Part shown: positions 9,798 to 17,505 of the stretch, in pieces | Layout of the letters: each line of letters opens with the position of its first letter | How positions within the stretch are numbered: position 1 is the first letter of the stretch | Source of the DNA: Candidatus Woesearchaeota archaeon | GTDB taxonomy: Archaea; Nanobdellota; Nanobdellia; Woesearchaeales; UBA10216 | Length of the DNA stretch: 64,000 nucleotides | Direction of reading: 5' to 3' | Assembly: GCA_016184345.1 (NCBI GenBank) | Contig: JACPCV010000006.1 | Span: 64,065-128,064 of the forward strand | Made by a program: the position numbers and the translations under genes | Notes under the pieces: generated by a model | Told to the model about the DNA's origin: nothing | What the model saw: the letters and a program-made list of their open reading frames with translations, nothing else | Database searches by the model: none

Positions 9798-9961
9798 GAA
9801 CATTCACCCCCTGTTTGAGCCTGGCCAGAGGGGTTCAATTATATTAACTTTTCGCTTTGTCGACTGGAACAAGCACGGCATTGGCTTTTCTTTGCCGTAC
9901 ACATGCGTCTGAAGTATATTCACAAAAGATTTTAATAATACCGAACAGGTGTATATGTAAC

Positions 9962-10510
9962 ATGGCTAGTGGCACAGGCAAGGTAGAACCAAGTGAGATA
10001 ACAATTGAAAAGCTGGAGGATAAACATGACCTCAGCAGTTTTCAGTCATATGAGAAAGAGCTTGTTGATTTCCTTGTTGAAGACGCTTTGAATAATCAGA
10101 GGCAAAAGCTTTCAGTTACATTTCTGTGGTTTTATGATAACAAACTGGTAAGCTATGTGACTTTATTGAACGACAAGATTAACCTGGAAGGCGACCTTAA
10201 GGCGTTTTTCAGGGAGAAAGATATTCATTATAAATCATTGCCTGCCTTGAAAATAGGAAGGCTCTGTGCGCACGACAATTTTCAAAGAAGGGGTCTTGGA
10301 AAACTGATGGTTTTATTCGCTATAACGCAAGCTAATGAAATATGCGATCGAAGGTCTGGCTGCCGGTTTATAACGTTAGACGCTAAGAGAAACGAAAAGC
10401 GCGAGTTGGATTCCATCCACTTTTATAAGAGATTGGGGTTCAAAATATTAAAACAGAGGCTAAAAGGCACCACGCCGATGTACTTGGACTTGAAAGCGCC
10501 TCAACAGTAA
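9962..10510 (+). CDS. GNAT acetyltransferase, TacT/AtaT toxin-like architecture
   Basis: Acetyl-CoA motif QRRGLGKLMV. N-terminal F..(E)LVDFL and LPALKIGRLCAHDN parallel GNAT toxins of DUF1778-GNAT modules. The ATG at 9962 is preferred over the long ORF start at 9857. Lies in an AT-rich islet. Confidence 0.7.
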   Translation: MASGTGKVEPSEITIEKLEDKHDLSSFQSYEKELVDFLVEDALNNQRQKLSVTFLWFYDNKLVSYVTLLNDKINLEGDLKAFFREKDIHYKSLPALKIGRLCAHDNFQRRGLGKLMVLFAITQANEICDRRSGCRFITLDAKRNEKRELDSIHFYKRLGFKILKQRLKGTTPMYLDLKAPQQ

Positions 10511-10650
10511 TTGAATTTTGTTATCGCCGCTTCTTTTATCAGGCTTATCCTTGCTTTGGACGGCCTTTTTTCTTCTTTAATCACTTCTTTTATGAAGTTT
10601 ACCGCTTCTATTCCCTTAAGTGTTGGTGTTGCCCTTATCGGTTTTGCCAT
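10501..10650 (-). CDS. possible 49-aa small protein (MAKPIRATPTLKGIEAVNFIKEVIKEEKRPSKARISLIKEAAITKFNYC)
   Basis: Translated by hand; below the ORF-track cutoff. ATG start; convergent with the GNAT gene and overlapping its 3' end by 10 nt. Better-looking composition than the plus-strand ORF 10511..10750. Confidence 0.3.
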   Translation of the reverse strand: MAKPIRATPTLKGIEAVNFIKEVIKEEKRPSKARISLIKEAAITKFNYC

Positions 10651-10764
10651 AATCCCGTGTTTACTTCTGATTTATTTAAACCTAATGGTTTCAATCCACC
10701 AAAACCAAAAGATTTATATATTTCAAAGATTTTCTTTTGTTAAGTATTGATAAACTAATGAAAG

Positions 10765-11190
10765 GTGGTAAAAATTCAAAAGATAAGGTCGGTAATTAAA
10801 AAGGTTGGTGATGCATACGTTATCGGGATACAAGAGCAGTTATTGGATTATCTCGGGCTTAAAGAGGGAGATGAAGTTGAATTTGAGCCGAAAAAAGTAT
10901 TTAAGTTGGCAGAAAGGGTAACTGGTTCTGAAGGCGAGGCGAAAATCAAGCTTACCGATACCTGTTTTAATTACGGTGTGGCCACATTAAGCGTAAACGA
11001 CAGGCACTTGTTCCCTCAGGATCACAACCCTTTCCTGCTTGAAATAGACGGCAGGCTGGAGAGGAAACATGTCGCGTCCCTCAAAATTGCCATGAAGCCA
11101 TTCTTTGATAGACACCCGGGGTTACGGAAAAAAGAACACATCACGATTAAAGTGGTAAAGCCATCAGAGGAATACAAGCTGGTTTATTAA
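10765..11190 (+). CDS. AbrB/SpoVT-like N-terminal domain protein
   Basis: N-terminus VIKKVGDAYVIGIQEQLLDYLGLKEGDEVEFE fits the swapped-hairpin AbrB/SpoVT pattern. The C-terminal ~95 aa are unrecognised. GTG start. Confidence 0.5.
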   Translation: MVKIQKIRSVIKKVGDAYVIGIQEQLLDYLGLKEGDEVEFEPKKVFKLAERVTGSEGEAKIKLTDTCFNYGVATLSVNDRHLFPQDHNPFLLEIDGRLERKHVASLKIAMKPFFDRHPGLRKKEHITIKVVKPSEEYKLVY

Positions 11191-11234
11191 CAAAGTAAGC
11201 TGGAGAAATTGAGTTAGTTGGGAGATGAATAGAA

Positions 11235-11480
11235 ATGAACCAAGATGTTTTGTTTTTGGATTCTATGAGCTTAATGAGTTCGCTTTGTAAGATTGATAAT
11301 GCAGATAATTATCACTTGTTTCTTAATGACGTGGAGAGGAACAGGACTTTGGAATTGGTGCTTTCAAGGAGCTTGCTCTTTGACATTCAAACACTATTTT
11401 CTAAGCGTAGAAGTAACAGACACAAACTGAAAAGGCACAGGTTAGTTTTTGTTAAAAAGGACAAGGCCAATATAAGCTGA
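11235..11480 (+). CDS. hypothetical protein (81 aa)
   Basis: ATG ORF in the AT-rich islet; basic C-terminus; no motif recognised. Confidence 0.3.
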   Translation: MNQDVLFLDSMSLMSSLCKIDNADNYHLFLNDVERNRTLELVLSRSLLFDIQTLFSKRRSNRHKLKRHRLVFVKKDKANIS

Positions 11481-11535
11481 GAGAACATGACCGGTGGGAG
11501 AATCACGTCAAATACACGAAGAGCTGGGTGGTGTT

Positions 11536-14070
11536 TTAATCCTTAATATTCCCGCTGGTTGCCGTCTTAAGTTCGGCAAGGAATCTCATTATTGTTTTCG
11601 TCACGTTCTCAGGCTGCGTCCTGAGCACTTCAACAACCTTTGCGAGGGCATCGCCTTCGTAGGCTGCCGTTGAAGTCAGCTTGGCATCAACCTGCTTTCC
11701 CTTCTTGACTGCAGCTTTCCACTTTTCAAACAGCTCTTCAACCCTTCCGGGCACCTGGTTTGGCTCGCAGTCCAGCAGCTTCGCAACCTCTTCCACAATT
11801 TTTTCTTTCGCTGCAACTGCAGAAGACTCAGCTTTCCCGGCAACGTATTCCAATCTTACGATGCCATCCTGTATCTTGCTGCTCCTAAGCAACTTAATCC
11901 TGCCTACTTCTGCTGTATGGTTGAGGTGGGTTCCTCCGCATGCCTCAACATCAAGCCCCTCAACATCAACTATTCGCAGCAACTTGCCTGGCACGATTCC
12001 TCCCTGGTATATTGAGAAACCGTACTTTTGTTCGGCTTCTGTCCTTGGCACGAACGACTTGTGCACTGCAACATCAGCATCAATTATCTTGTTTGCTTCG
12101 CTTTCGATTTGCCGCAGCTGCTGCTCAGTAAGCTGTTCGTAATGCGTGATGTCAAGCCTTGCCTTGTCAACGAACTTGGCTGCGCCTGCCTGCCATATAT
12201 GGCTGCCGAGAAGCTTCCTGCAGACGCCATTGAGGATGTGCGTTGCAGTATGGTGTTGGGCAAGCTGCTGCCTCCTCTCCCAGTTGATTTTGCAGTCAAC
12301 CTTCTGGCCTGCTTTCAGGCCTCGGCTGTTGCTTTCCAGAACGTGGACTACGACATTGCCCTGCTTGAACACGTCAGCAACAGCGCAGCCCGCCATTTCT
12401 CCAACGTCATGCTCCTGCCCGCCGGATGTCGGGTAGAAGTATGTCTGATCAAGCACAACGTATTTGTCGTCAATGATTTTCAGTATGGCCGCTGGGAACT
12501 CCACAACAGTATAGTCGCTGTAGTACAGGACTTTTGTTGCTGGCACATCAGACAAATCCAGCTTCACGTCTCTTTTTGTGGCTGTGGTTGCAGTGGCGGG
12601 CTTTTCATTCTCGTGCTTCCCAGCAACCAGGGCATAGAAGTTATCAGGCACAGCAACAGCCTTGCCAAGCTTTTTGGCTTCCTCTTTAATCAGGTCAGGG
12701 CTTATTCCGTTGCTGTCGTACAGCTCAACAAGCTTTTCAGGGCTGATTTCTTCACTCCTGCCCATCAGGTGCTGCACTATCTGGCTGCTGCGTTTTTTCG
12801 TTTCAGCGAATTTCAATTTCTCAACAGCCAGTATTTCAGCCACATCATTCAGATTTTCGCTGAGCTCAGGAAATTGCGGCTTCAGGTATGCTGCGTGCAG
12901 CTCACATAGATCCGGAAGCTCAACCTGCCAACCGTAGCTGTCAATGAACGAAAGTGCCCTCCTGAGGACTACCCTCAGGTTGTAGCCTCCAGCGACATTG
13001 CTTGGCAGCACCCCATCGCTAAGCGCAACAAGAAGGCTCCTTGAATGCTCGGCCACAGAGTATAGTGCCGACAACGGCAATATCTTGCTTTTCAACTCGG
13101 CTGCTGGCACTCCAACTTTCGCAGCCACATTTTCCCACGCTTTGTCTATATTCTCCACCTCATCAACATTGAGGTAGCTGCTGTAAGGCAGAAACTTTTG
13201 CAATAGCTGCGGTTCAACCTTTACCCCTGTTATTTCCTGAAGCTTCTTCACAACAGTTGGGAACGTTGTCTCATAGCTTGTTGGCGCAGCCCCTGTAAAC
13301 CACGCGTTTCTCTCCTGCCCCATTCCCATGTCAAGGACCTTGAGCTTTAGCTCCTTGCTTCCCTGGGGAGTTACCTCATACATCATGTATACCTGGTTTC
13401 CCAGCTCCAAGCCTCTGCTGAAGTATTCCATGCAGGGCCCGAAGTTCCCACCCCCTGCCCATGCGTCTTCGTGGTATGTTATTTCCTCGTTAGGCAGCCC
13501 AAGGCCGTCGCTGAGCCACGAATGAATATCCCTGAAGTAGTCTGCCTGCTTCCATTTTTCTGGTGGCATGAACGCGTGCTGGCCTATCATCACAAAGCCG
13601 GTGTAGTGGGCTCCGGTAATGCCAACATTATCAATGTCATTGAATCTCAGGCAGAACTGCGGCACGACCAATGGGTTTGCTGGCGGCTCAACCTCGCCTG
13701 AAACAACATACGGCTGGAAGTCGTAGATTGAGGCTGCCACGAAGTCGCTAGTTGGATTCCATCTTGACGCAACAGGGTAGCGTCTTATTGGTGTGTATCC
13801 AAACTTCTTAAAGTGATTTGCAAATTGTTGCCAAACTTCTATATAACTTAATTTCTTTTTAGCAGGCGATTTATCTATAAAGCGGAAACCGCCAGAGCAT
13901 TCCGGATTTCCACAAACTTCCGAATTAACTGCTGTCCAAAAAAAAGTCTTGCAATTAGTGCAGCACTTTCTCTCAAATCCCATCTCCTTTAACACGGCAA
14001 AAGGGTAATACTTTTCGGGATTCTTTTGGGCTTCCTTCTTGAACCAGCTTTTGGTCTCTTTGTCGCTCAT
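11536..14070 (-). CDS. alaS: alanine--tRNA ligase (archaeal type)
   Basis: 844 aa. Archaeal N-terminal Zn motif CCTNCKTFFW..CGNPEC; editing-domain motifs HHTATHIL and CGGTHL. Confidence 0.95.
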   Translation of the reverse strand: MSDKETKSWFKKEAQKNPEKYYPFAVLKEMGFERKCCTNCKTFFWTAVNSEVCGNPECSGGFRFIDKSPAKKKLSYIEVWQQFANHFKKFGYTPIRRYPVASRWNPTSDFVAASIYDFQPYVVSGEVEPPANPLVVPQFCLRFNDIDNVGITGAHYTGFVMIGQHAFMPPEKWKQADYFRDIHSWLSDGLGLPNEEITYHEDAWAGGGNFGPCMEYFSRGLELGNQVYMMYEVTPQGSKELKLKVLDMGMGQERNAWFTGAAPTSYETTFPTVVKKLQEITGVKVEPQLLQKFLPYSSYLNVDEVENIDKAWENVAAKVGVPAAELKSKILPLSALYSVAEHSRSLLVALSDGVLPSNVAGGYNLRVVLRRALSFIDSYGWQVELPDLCELHAAYLKPQFPELSENLNDVAEILAVEKLKFAETKKRSSQIVQHLMGRSEEISPEKLVELYDSNGISPDLIKEEAKKLGKAVAVPDNFYALVAGKHENEKPATATTATKRDVKLDLSDVPATKVLYYSDYTVVEFPAAILKIIDDKYVVLDQTYFYPTSGGQEHDVGEMAGCAVADVFKQGNVVVHVLESNSRGLKAGQKVDCKINWERRQQLAQHHTATHILNGVCRKLLGSHIWQAGAAKFVDKARLDITHYEQLTEQQLRQIESEANKIIDADVAVHKSFVPRTEAEQKYGFSIYQGGIVPGKLLRIVDVEGLDVEACGGTHLNHTAEVGRIKLLRSSKIQDGIVRLEYVAGKAESSAVAAKEKIVEEVAKLLDCEPNQVPGRVEELFEKWKAAVKKGKQVDAKLTSTAAYEGDALAKVVEVLRTQPENVTKTIMRFLAELKTATSGNIKD

Positions 14071-14286
14071 TTTCTTGCAATCCCTGAATAGCTAGCAATA
14101 ATTCTTCCTTATTTTTTGCTATAACTATGCCGTTCTTTTTAAAAACGTTTACTATTCTTTCGGCAGCATTAGGCACATAAAAAATCACACTTTTAGAATC
14201 CTCTCGACTTCTTTTAAATGTTATGGATAAGACAGGCAAATACCGATAAATAAATTTATAAGCGTGCTTTGCGGAAGCAGGGATGC

Positions 14287-15306
14287 ATGAATTACGTTGA
14301 TTTCAGAAAAGAGGTCATTGATGCTGGCCTGCTCAACAGGCAGTATGGCTATTACGCATTCAAGATTATCTCTTCCCTGCTAACGGTTATTGTACCTGGT
14401 TTTCTTTTTCTTACAGTTTCGAACTTTTGGATTCAGCTGCTGCTCATAGTTGGCATCACTGTCGCGATTTTGCAGTTCGCTTTCCTGGGTCACGACGCGG
14501 GCCATATGGCAATATTCAAGAGCGACAGGTGGAACAACTTTTTCGGGCACATTTTCTTTGAGCTTTTCGGAGGGGTTGGCTACAATTATTGGGTCACCAG
14601 GCATAATGAGCACCACGCAAACCCGAACCACGAAGATGAGGATCCTGACATGATTTTTGTCCAGTCAGAAGGCATGATGGCCAGCAAGAAAGGCATCGGC
14701 CTGTTCCTTGCAAGGAGGCAGCACTGGCTTTATTTCCCCGCACTGAGCATGTACGCAATTGTTTTTCAGGTCAGGAGCGCAGTCCACAACATAAGGCTGA
14801 AGAACTCTGCGGGAAAGTGGTTTGAGCTTGTCTTGTTGCTTGCGCACCTTGGTATTTTCTGGGTTCTGCCATTTTTCTTTATGGCGTGGTGGAAGGCGCT
14901 TATTTTTGTTCCGTTGCTGCGGCTTCTTGAAGGCTTATACTTTGGCTCTGTCTCTGCAACTAACCACAAGGGCATGAGGGTCATAAAAAAGGGGGAGCGG
15001 CTCAATTTCGTTGAGAAACAGGTCCTTACAACAAGAAACGTCAGGAACGGCATTATTGTCGACTTTGTTTACGGTGGGCTTAACTACCAGATTGAGCACC
15101 ACCTTTTTCCGACAATGCCCCGCAGCAATTTCAAGAAATGCAAAGAGCTTGCAATGCGGTTTTGCAGGGAAAACAGCTTGCCGTACGTTGAAACAGGCGT
15201 TTTCAGGTCTTACAGGATAATACTTGGTGAGTTGAGAAAGATTGCCATGTCAGGAAGGCAAGCAAATATTCAGCCAGTAGAGTTGCGCACGTCAAACACA
15301 GTATAG
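14287..15306 (+). CDS. membrane fatty-acid desaturase, front-end (DesD-like) histidine-box pattern
   Basis: Three boxes: HDAGH, HNEHH and QIEHHLFP (Gln in the third box). TM segments before box 1 and between boxes 2 and 3. The ATG at 14287 is preferred to the TTG at 14269. Confidence 0.85.
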   Translation: MNYVDFRKEVIDAGLLNRQYGYYAFKIISSLLTVIVPGFLFLTVSNFWIQLLLIVGITVAILQFAFLGHDAGHMAIFKSDRWNNFFGHIFFELFGGVGYNYWVTRHNEHHANPNHEDEDPDMIFVQSEGMMASKKGIGLFLARRQHWLYFPALSMYAIVFQVRSAVHNIRLKNSAGKWFELVLLLAHLGIFWVLPFFFMAWWKALIFVPLLRLLEGLYFGSVSATNHKGMRVIKKGERLNFVEKQVLTTRNVRNGIIVDFVYGGLNYQIEHHLFPTMPRSNFKKCKELAMRFCRENSLPYVETGVFRSYRIILGELRKIAMSGRQANIQPVELRTSNTV

Positions 15307-16445
15307 CCCTTCAAATCGGCATGAACAGGGAAGTTTTCCTTAAGGATTTCAATCTCTCCCGTTTCATGAAGCGTTTTTGTTTTAATTTCGCAGTCCTTGC
15401 AGAATATGACATAGGTTGTATTAGTCTGCCGGAGATAGGAAATATATTCCTCTTCGGTCCATTCGTGCTGGTAATACTGGCCTTCAAAGTATGGCGAGAG
15501 TGAAGTAACCATCCCTTTCAGCGGGAATACGTATATCCAGCTCCTGCAGTCATCAACTATCCTGATGTTGCCGGGCAGCTGCGGGATTTCTGAGTATGTT
15601 TTTGTGTAGTAGCAGCTTATCCCCTCTTTCCATCCCATCTCAAAAGGAACGAAGAAGACAGGGTAAATGAACAGTATTCCTGCCAGGGTGGCGTAATAAG
15701 CTGCCCTCAGGCTCATTAGCCTGGACAGGAATTTCGGGGCAGATTCTGCCGCAAGCGGGAACAGCAATACGGCAGAGCGTATCGCCAGGTCAAGGATGTT
15801 ATCAAGCTCAAAATCGACAGTGCCTGACAGGAAAACGAACTTTATCAGCAGGAACTGCACTAAAAGAACAGCCAGGCTGGTTAAAAACAGCCGGAGCCTT
15901 CCGAAGAAAACAGTCACCATGTTGCTTACAGCCACGTATGGGTGGTTCAGGCCTGCCAGTGCAATCGCTATTTCACCAAACATCTCGTTCTTTGACTTCC
16001 TTATGAAGTAAACTCCCAGGTAGAACAGGAAGACTGACAATAGGTAGGGGTAAGAGTCCGGAAGCATGATTTTTATGAAGATGAGCGCGTACCAGAAGAA
16101 AAGGGCATTCCTGTTTTTGAAAGTCTTTAGCGAAACCAGGACTATGCACAGGAACAGCGCAACTTCAAGGATCTTTATGGCCAACTTCCCAAAAGCAAAC
16201 CACGCGATTCCGGCAAGGAAGTGCGAAGGCACTCCTACAGCGTAGAGCGGCTGGTTCCCGCTAAGCATGGAGAAGTCCTTTTCCAGCAGGGCGCCCTGCT
16301 CAACCATGCGGTTGTAAAGCCAGCCCCAGTGTATGTTTGAGTAGATGTCAGAGCCTGGAAGCACTAGAACGGCAGAAACGATTATGACAACAAGCAATAA
16401 CTGCAGCAGTAACAGGTTCTTGCCTTGGCTCTTTGATTCACGCAT
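15270..16445 (-). CDS. polytopic membrane protein with C-terminal soluble domain (function unknown; possibly GT-C-like)
   Basis: 391 aa with about 9-10 hydrophobic segments, then a ~110-aa Cys/Tyr-rich soluble tail. Its 3' end overlaps the desaturase 3' end by 37 nt. Confidence 0.6.
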   Translation of the reverse strand: MRESKSQGKNLLLLQLLLVVIIVSAVLVLPGSDIYSNIHWGWLYNRMVEQGALLEKDFSMLSGNQPLYAVGVPSHFLAGIAWFAFGKLAIKILEVALFLCIVLVSLKTFKNRNALFFWYALIFIKIMLPDSYPYLLSVFLFYLGVYFIRKSKNEMFGEIAIALAGLNHPYVAVSNMVTVFFGRLRLFLTSLAVLLVQFLLIKFVFLSGTVDFELDNILDLAIRSAVLLFPLAAESAPKFLSRLMSLRAAYYATLAGILFIYPVFFVPFEMGWKEGISCYYTKTYSEIPQLPGNIRIVDDCRSWIYVFPLKGMVTSLSPYFEGQYYQHEWTEEEYISYLRQTNTTYVIFCKDCEIKTKTLHETGEIEILKENFPVHADLKGYTVFDVRNSTG

Positions 16446-16568
16446 ATCCTGCAGGTCAAATCCCTCTTATTTAAGCATTATGAATGGTGGGCTGAAGTGG
16501 CGTTTACAGGCTTAATAATCGCGTGCTGCAGTCTTCAGGCAGCTTATTGCCGGATTTGAAAAGATATT

Positions 16569-16614
16569 TATAGACAACTTCGATTATCTATCTTATATAC
16601 CAAAGTTGTCTATA
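16569..16614. repeat. solo hairpin copy related to hairpin 1 of twin-hairpin element C
   Basis: TATAGACAACTT / AAGTTGTCTATA 12-bp inverted repeat with a 22-nt loop. The first 20 nt (TATAGACAACTTCGATTATC) are identical to 52347-52366. Confidence 0.7.
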
Positions 16615-16662
16615 TGCCGCAACTGCTCTTATATACAGGTAAATAAAAAAAGACGGTGCTTT

Positions 16663-17397
16663 ATGGTTGACCTTTCAGGCATTCTGCCGGTTGTTGGAAG
16701 TGCGTTTGCTGACTGGCTGAAGCTCTTTATTGCCCCGCTCAGGAACCTTGACATGCTTTGGATTATTGTCCCGGTATGGGGCGTCTGGCTTTTCTCCGAA
16801 TTTTACCAGGAAAAGAAGGGAACGAGCTTCGGCAACGCTATAGCCAACGGGGCGACTATGCTTTTTGTTGGAGTTGACTGGACGCGGCATGTCATTAGCG
16901 ACGTAACCTCCGGCGAGCTGGCATTTGGATTTAAGTTCGTCACGCTGGCAGCAATTGCTGCGGCTGTACTCATCTATGGTGTGGCAATAATCATTCTCGG
17001 AATAAAGGCGAACCGGCTTGTCAGGGTTATTGGCAGGGTGAGGGAGACCACCTATTTCATGGTCATGCTGAGCCCGGTAATTTACGGGGTGGAGGAGTTT
17101 AGCCTGAGGAGCGCGCTGGTTATGCTCACCTTTTTCCCTGTATTTTACGTGCTCGTTGAGGCCATAGACCGGCTGCTGCCTACCCCAAGAATCTTTGAGG
17201 AAGAGGAAGGAGCCGGCTTTGACAAGGAGCTGGGAATTGGCAATACTAGTGAGCCTGCACTAGGCAGCGACTTCGGCCAGGATGTTTTTGGCAGGCAACA
17301 GCAACCTCCACAGCAGCAGTGGCGGCAGCAGGCATATCCTGCCTATCCTAGCGGGTTTCAGCAGTTCAAGCCGCAGCAGCCGCAAAGGAAATTGTAG
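16663..17397 (+). CDS. membrane protein with Gln/Pro-rich C-terminal tail
   Basis: Several TM segments, then the tail QQQPPQQQWRQQAYPAYPSGFQQFKPQQPQRKL. The ATG at 16663 is preferred over the TTG at 16606, which lies inside the hairpin repeat. Confidence 0.55.
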   Translation: MVDLSGILPVVGSAFADWLKLFIAPLRNLDMLWIIVPVWGVWLFSEFYQEKKGTSFGNAIANGATMLFVGVDWTRHVISDVTSGELAFGFKFVTLAAIAAAVLIYGVAIIILGIKANRLVRVIGRVRETTYFMVMLSPVIYGVEEFSLRSALVMLTFFPVFYVLVEAIDRLLPTPRIFEEEEGAGFDKELGIGNTSEPALGSDFGQDVFGRQQQPPQQQWRQQAYPAYPSGFQQFKPQQPQRKL

Positions 17398-17409
17398 AAA
17401 TTGTTACTT

Positions 17410-17505
17410 TATAGCATCGGAGCTTGATAATCGGATACGAATAGTCGCTCCGATGCATATAGGAGAGGAACGTATCATTCCGAAAATCTAGTTCCTCACC
17501 TATAG
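17410..17505. repeat. twin-hairpin ~95-nt intergenic element, copy A
   Basis: TATAG, hairpin 1 (GCATCGGAGC/GCTCCGATGC), hairpin 2 (ATAGGAGAGGAAC/GTTCCTCACCTAT), then AG. Aligns end to end with 47492-47585. Confidence 0.8.

Noticed and set aside
10511-10750. 79-aa plus-strand ORF (TTG start) after the GNAT gene
   Set aside because: Non-ATG start, no ribosome-binding motif and a hydrophobic low-complexity product. The opposite-strand 49-aa ATG ORF is the more plausible of two weak candidates.
12028-12909. 293-aa plus-strand ORF (and several shorter ones) inside the alaS region
   Set aside because: It is antisense to a confidently identified AlaRS gene and has no motifs. Such shadow ORFs are typical of a long gene with biased codon usage.
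13973-14239. 88-aa minus-strand ORF upstream of and overlapping the alaS start by ~98 nt
   Set aside because: I considered an N-terminal extension by frameshift or an upstream small gene. AlaRS is complete from its own ATG at 14070, and the ORF is AT-rich promoter-region sequence with no motif. Not supported.
17374-17384. 11-mer CAGCAGCCGCA shared between the left flank of element A and (reverse-complemented, 47599-47609) the right flank of element B
   Set aside because: Both flanks encode Gln/Pro-rich protein tails made of CAG/CCG codons, so the match probably reflects low-complexity coding sequence. It also lies at opposite ends of the two elements. Not counted as part of the repeat.
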